A stretch of 64,000 nt of DNA, from positions 352,001 to 416,000 of the forward strand of contig CAVPOC010000008.1 in assembly GCA_963706955.1 (NCBI GenBank), in the 5' to 3' direction. Position numbers and translations under genes: made by a program. Of this stretch, positions 60,251 through 64,000 are shown piece after piece. Position 1 is the first letter of the stretch. Each line of letters begins with the position of its first letter. The DNA comes from an uncultured Verrucomicrobiae bacterium. GTDB lineage: Bacteria > Verrucomicrobiota > Verrucomicrobiia > Chthoniobacterales > Terrimicrobiaceae. The notes under the pieces were generated by a model, which searched no databases, was not told the DNA's origin, and was given only the letters and a program-made list of their open reading frames with translations.

Positions 60251-61716
60251 TGGCATTTCTCCCTCTGGCGCTCGCCCTTCCTGTAGCGGGCATTCTGTTG
60301 ATCGCTCTCGCCGGAGGGCGTTACGCGCGCGGTATCGCATTGGGTGCGCTCGTTCTGGGAAGTGGTGTCACCGCCGCAATTGTGACAATTCTATGGTCAA
60401 CCGGAGAGCCGCTGACCTATTTATCCGGCGCGTGGGCGCCTCCCATCGGGATCAAGCTCCGCGCCGACGGGCTTTCCGCCGCCATGATGGTGGTGACGAG
60501 CTTGGTCGTCCTCGCCGCGGCGTTGTACGCGCCAAGCGAGTACCGCGTGACTCCCCGAGGGCGTGAAACCCGCGCGTCGTATTCGTTTTGGATTCTCCTC
60601 CTTGGAGTGTGGGGTGCGATGAACGCAGTTTTTCTTGGCAACGATCTATTCAACCTCTACGTCGCACTTGAGCTGCTCACCTTCGCCGGGGTGCCGCTGG
60701 TTTGCTTGGCCGGAAGCCCCGCGACGTTGATCGCCGCGCTCCGCTACCTGCTTTTTGCCCTGCTCGGGTCGGTGATCTACCTGCTCGGTGCCGTCCTGAT
60801 TTACGCCAATTATGGGACACTGGACATCGGACTGCTGTCCGGCGAACTGCGACCCGAACTTGGCTCGTGGCTGGCGATTGCTCTCATGACCGCGGGCCTG
60901 GCGGCCAAGACCGCTCTCTTCCCTCTTCATATCTGGCTACCGCCCGCTCATTCGGGCGCGCCGCCCGCCGCGAGTGCGTTGCTCTCCGCGCTGGTCGTCA
61001 AGGGGTCGTTTTTTCTCGTGGTTCGTCTCTGGTTCGATTTGGCGCCAACAATCATCGGAGAAATGGCTGGCCAGATTCTCGGCACGATGGGTGCCGGCGC
61101 GATCGTCATTGGCGGGGTGGTCGCATTGGGGCAGGCGCGGTTGAAACTCCTCGTCGCCTACTCGACCGTGGCGCAGATCGGCTACCTTTTTCTGATCTTT
61201 CCACTTGCGAAAGAGAGTAGTGCGCTAACGGGCGGCATCCTCCAGGCCATTTCGCACGCATTTGCCAAGGCTGCGATGTTCATGGCCGCGGGTCTCATGG
61301 CCGGAGTTCTCGGACACGATCGGATCGCTGATCTGCGGGGGATCGGACGGGCTTTGCCGGTCACAGTCCTTGCCTTCGTCGTGGCCGCGGTGTCGCTGGT
61401 TGGGGTGCCTCCTTCGGGCGGGTTTCTTGCAAAGTGGCTGTTGCTCTCGGCGTCGTTTGCATCCGGGCAATGGTGGTGGGCAGCGGTCATTCTCACGGGA
61501 GCTCTTCTCGCAGGAGGGTACATGTTTCGCGCCTTCGCGTCCGCCCTGGCGGATTCCGAGGCTCCCTTGTCCATCGCGGCGCCCGTCCCAAGGGCTCGCG
61601 AATTGGTCGTGCTGGCCCTAGCGATCTGCGCGTTGTTGATTGGAATGTTTCCAAAGATCCCGATCGAGCTCCTTCAGATTGGGCGGCCACAGCAATCGGG
61701 GATCGCGCTGCCATGA
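60250..61716 (+). CDS. mrpD: Mrp subunit D (proton-conducting antiporter-like)
   Basis: DLFNLYVALE, KTALFPLHIWLP, SALLSALVVK, AYSTVAQIG and HAFAKA. Confidence 0.9.
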   Translation: MAFLPLALALPVAGILLIALAGGRYARGIALGALVLGSGVTAAIVTILWSTGEPLTYLSGAWAPPIGIKLRADGLSAAMMVVTSLVVLAAALYAPSEYRVTPRGRETRASYSFWILLLGVWGAMNAVFLGNDLFNLYVALELLTFAGVPLVCLAGSPATLIAALRYLLFALLGSVIYLLGAVLIYANYGTLDIGLLSGELRPELGSWLAIALMTAGLAAKTALFPLHIWLPPAHSGAPPAASALLSALVVKGSFFLVVRLWFDLAPTIIGEMAGQILGTMGAGAIVIGGVVALGQARLKLLVAYSTVAQIGYLFLIFPLAKESSALTGGILQAISHAFAKAAMFMAAGLMAGVLGHDRIADLRGIGRALPVTVLAFVVAAVSLVGVPPSGGFLAKWLLLSASFASGQWWWAAVILTGALLAGGYMFRAFASALADSEAPLSIAAPVPRARELVVLALAICALLIGMFPKIPIELLQIGRPQQSGIALP

Positions 61717-63344
61717 CTCGCGAATCCCTGCTCGCTGGCGCTATCGTCCTGCCGCTTGCCATGTTGTTTGCGTGCGTATCGGCAAGCGGGAGGAGGCACA
61801 TGACGAGTTGGCTTTGGCTTGCTCCATTACCGGCGCTCACGGCCGCAATATTCGGCAGCTGGAATTTTCCCCTAATCCTTAGCAGGACGCCGGACCGACT
61901 AAGTTTGATGCTCGACCCCTCCGGTTGCATGCTGATGATGGCCGCTTCGGCGTTATGGATCGCGGCAGGAGCTTCCGTTCCAGGTTTTTTTCGGGGAAAG
62001 CGCATCGGCGGGAGCTTTCCAGTGTGCTGGCTGCTCACGCTCATTGGCAGCATCGGAATATTCCTCGCCGCCGACCTTGCGAGTTTTCTGGTGTTTTACG
62101 CGCTCGTCAGCCTGCCCGCCTATGGACTGATAACTTATGATGGCACGCCCGCCGCTCGTCGTGCAGGCGCCATTTACATGGGCTTCGCATTGCTTGGCGA
62201 GAATCTACTTCTCGTGGGCTTCGTGCTACTTGCCTCGAATGCTCCGAGCGGCAGTTTGATAATCGCAGACCTCGTCGCCGCCCTTTATGCGGCGCCCTGG
62301 CGGGATGTGATCCTTTCGTTGTTGATAGGAGCCTTTGGCATCAAGATCGCTCTGCTGCCAGTGCATTTTTGGATGCCGCTCAGCTACACAGCGTCGCCGG
62401 TTCCGGCGGCCGCGGTTCTCAGTGGGGCCGCTGTGAAAGCCGGAATTATCGGGCTCATTCGATTTTTGCCTCTCGATGTGGCGCTTCCGGACTGGGGAGA
62501 ACTGCTGACGATCGTCGGACTTTGCGGAGCGTTCTATGGCGTTGTGGTGGGTATCACGCAATCGGATCCCAAGACCGTGCTAGCCTATTCCAGCGTCAGC
62601 CAGATGGGGTTTTTGGCGGCGGTCCTTGGCATGGGACTTTCTGCCGGCGATGGCGAAGCCGCACCGATTGCCGCCTTTTACGCAGCTCACCACGTTCTGG
62701 TAAAAGGCGCTCTGTTCCTCGCGGTAGGAGTCGCTGCCGTGATTGGAGCACGTCGGATGGCCCTGGTGCTGGTGCCTGGAGCCGCCATCGGCCTTGGCCT
62801 GGCGGGATTGCCGCTGACCGGAGGCGCCTTAGCTAAGCTTGCCGCGAAAGTTCCCTTCGGCTATGGACTCGCCGGGGTACTTGCGACTTGCTCGGCAGCC
62901 GGGACAGCACTCTTGATGCTCCATTTTCTTCAGCGCATCGCCTCGACGGCGAATCAGAAGGCTGCCAAGGAGCCGCCGACCATACCGGTGATCGCATGGC
63001 TAGCGACGGCTTGTCTATGCGTCGGACTTCCTTGGGCGGTCTATCCAATGGCGGGGCTAGGCTCCTTCTCTGATGCCTTCGCCCCAGCGATTATTTGGAA
63101 AACGCTCTGGCCAGTGCTGGTCGGTGTAGGATTGTTCATTGGCCTGCGGCACTGGCGCCCTCCGCTCCCCAGCATTCCGAGCGGCGACATCGTGGCGCTT
63201 GGCGCGGGCCTCTCGCGCGCCATCCCCACCTGGGGAGCCATGATCGCAAGACTCGACGGCATTCTGCGATTCTGGACTGCTGCATGCCTGATGCTCCTTT
63301 TGATTGTGCTCCTGCTGGTCCTGGCGATGGGGGCCGGAGGTTGA
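61713..63344 (+). CDS. Second MrpD/complex I subunit 5-like antiporter subunit
   Basis: KIALLPVHFWMP, VLSGAAVK, LAYSSVSQMG and HHVLVKGALF. Confidence 0.88.
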   Translation: MTRESLLAGAIVLPLAMLFACVSASGRRHMTSWLWLAPLPALTAAIFGSWNFPLILSRTPDRLSLMLDPSGCMLMMAASALWIAAGASVPGFFRGKRIGGSFPVCWLLTLIGSIGIFLAADLASFLVFYALVSLPAYGLITYDGTPAARRAGAIYMGFALLGENLLLVGFVLLASNAPSGSLIIADLVAALYAAPWRDVILSLLIGAFGIKIALLPVHFWMPLSYTASPVPAAAVLSGAAVKAGIIGLIRFLPLDVALPDWGELLTIVGLCGAFYGVVVGITQSDPKTVLAYSSVSQMGFLAAVLGMGLSAGDGEAAPIAAFYAAHHVLVKGALFLAVGVAAVIGARRMALVLVPGAAIGLGLAGLPLTGGALAKLAAKVPFGYGLAGVLATCSAAGTALLMLHFLQRIASTANQKAAKEPPTIPVIAWLATACLCVGLPWAVYPMAGLGSFSDAFAPAIIWKTLWPVLVGVGLFIGLRHWRPPLPSIPSGDIVALGAGLSRAIPTWGAMIARLDGILRFWTAACLMLLLIVLLLVLAMGAGG

Positions 63345-63465
63345 ACACCCGCCAGTGCGATTTTTCGCTGGCCGTTCGTATCGGCTATGCTCTTCCCCAG
63401 GAGAAGAGATAATCTTCTCGCCCTGACTTCGCGCTTCCACGAAGCTCTGGGAAATTTTGCCGGGC

Positions 63466-64000
63466 ATGCATCGCAATATCACCTTGTGGGTTCTCTTTCA
63501 TAGGATCGGATTGCTAACCGCTCTGGTCTGGGTGAGCGGATGTTCTCCAGACGAAAAGCCAGCGCCCGCTGTTCCGCCGGTCCAGACCTTTGTTCTTGGA
63601 GCCTCCAGCGAGGCGCCGTTCCGACGTTTCCCAGGCGAGGTCGCCGCTTCCGACAGCTCAAACATGTCTTTTGACGTGCCAGGCCGGCTGATCGAATTTC
63701 CTGCAACCCAGGGCATGGTCTCTAAGTATGGCGAACTTTTGGGGCGCCTTGACGAAACGAACTTTGTTGCCCGGGTAGACTCTGCGCGTGCCGACTTCAG
63801 TAACGCCCACGCCGAGGTCGCCCGGCGCCGTCAGCTCTTCCAACGCGGGGTGATCTCCCGCAGTGAACTGGATGGATTTCAACGCGCCAACGATGTGGCG
63901 GAAGCAACGCTTCGCGAGGCGCAGCGCGCGCTCGACGACACGCGCCTGCTTGCTCCATTCGACGGACGCGTCGCCCGAACCCTGGTGAACAACTTTCAGA
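63466..64000 (+). CDS. RND efflux periplasmic adaptor (membrane fusion) lipoprotein, 5' part; runs off the window
   Basis: Hand translation MHRNITLW...VSGCS (lipobox), SFDVPGRL, helical hairpin and LLAPFDGRV. Confidence 0.88.
   Translation, partial: MHRNITLWVLFHRIGLLTALVWVSGCSPDEKPAPAVPPVQTFVLGASSEAPFRRFPGEVAASDSSNMSFDVPGRLIEFPATQGMVSKYGELLGRLDETNFVARVDSARADFSNAHAEVARRRQLFQRGVISRSELDGFQRANDVAEATLREAQRALDDTRLLAPFDGRVARTLVNNFQ

Overview
This is bacterial chromosomal DNA whose gene content and repeats look Verrucomicrobiota-like (Chthoniobacterales/Terrimicrobium type); that assignment is inference. It has three zones. (1) 1-27.2 kb is an accessory mosaic. It holds gene remnants, two copies of a tRNA-Ala(CGC) 5' half with integrase/att scars, a REC-adenylate cyclase plus hybrid histidine kinase module, a TetR-controlled FAD oxidase, a GH16-like gene and a cNMP-DASS transporter pair. 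Its most interesting element is a two-gene operon: a SIR2-family protein and an nSTAND1 NTPase fused through one TM helix to a long array of 32-aa YD-like repeats, a candidate transmembrane immune/conflict system. (2) 27.5-49.7 kb is core backbone: metal-binding protein, tsaD, an S41 (CtpA-type) protease, nadC, rnd, nuoBC, ppk2, redoxin/DsbD, galE, a MITE, dnaE, trxA, prc and a GspF/GspG-like pair. (3) 50-64 kb is transport and homeostasis: lactate permease, D-LDH, P-type ATPase, a GdmH-like guanidine hydrolase, an Mrp antiporter operon and a partial RND adaptor. Five genes, including essential dnaE, are each broken by one extra base. This points to sequencing or assembly insertion errors rather than true pseudogenes. 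All calls are by eye; no database searches were run.
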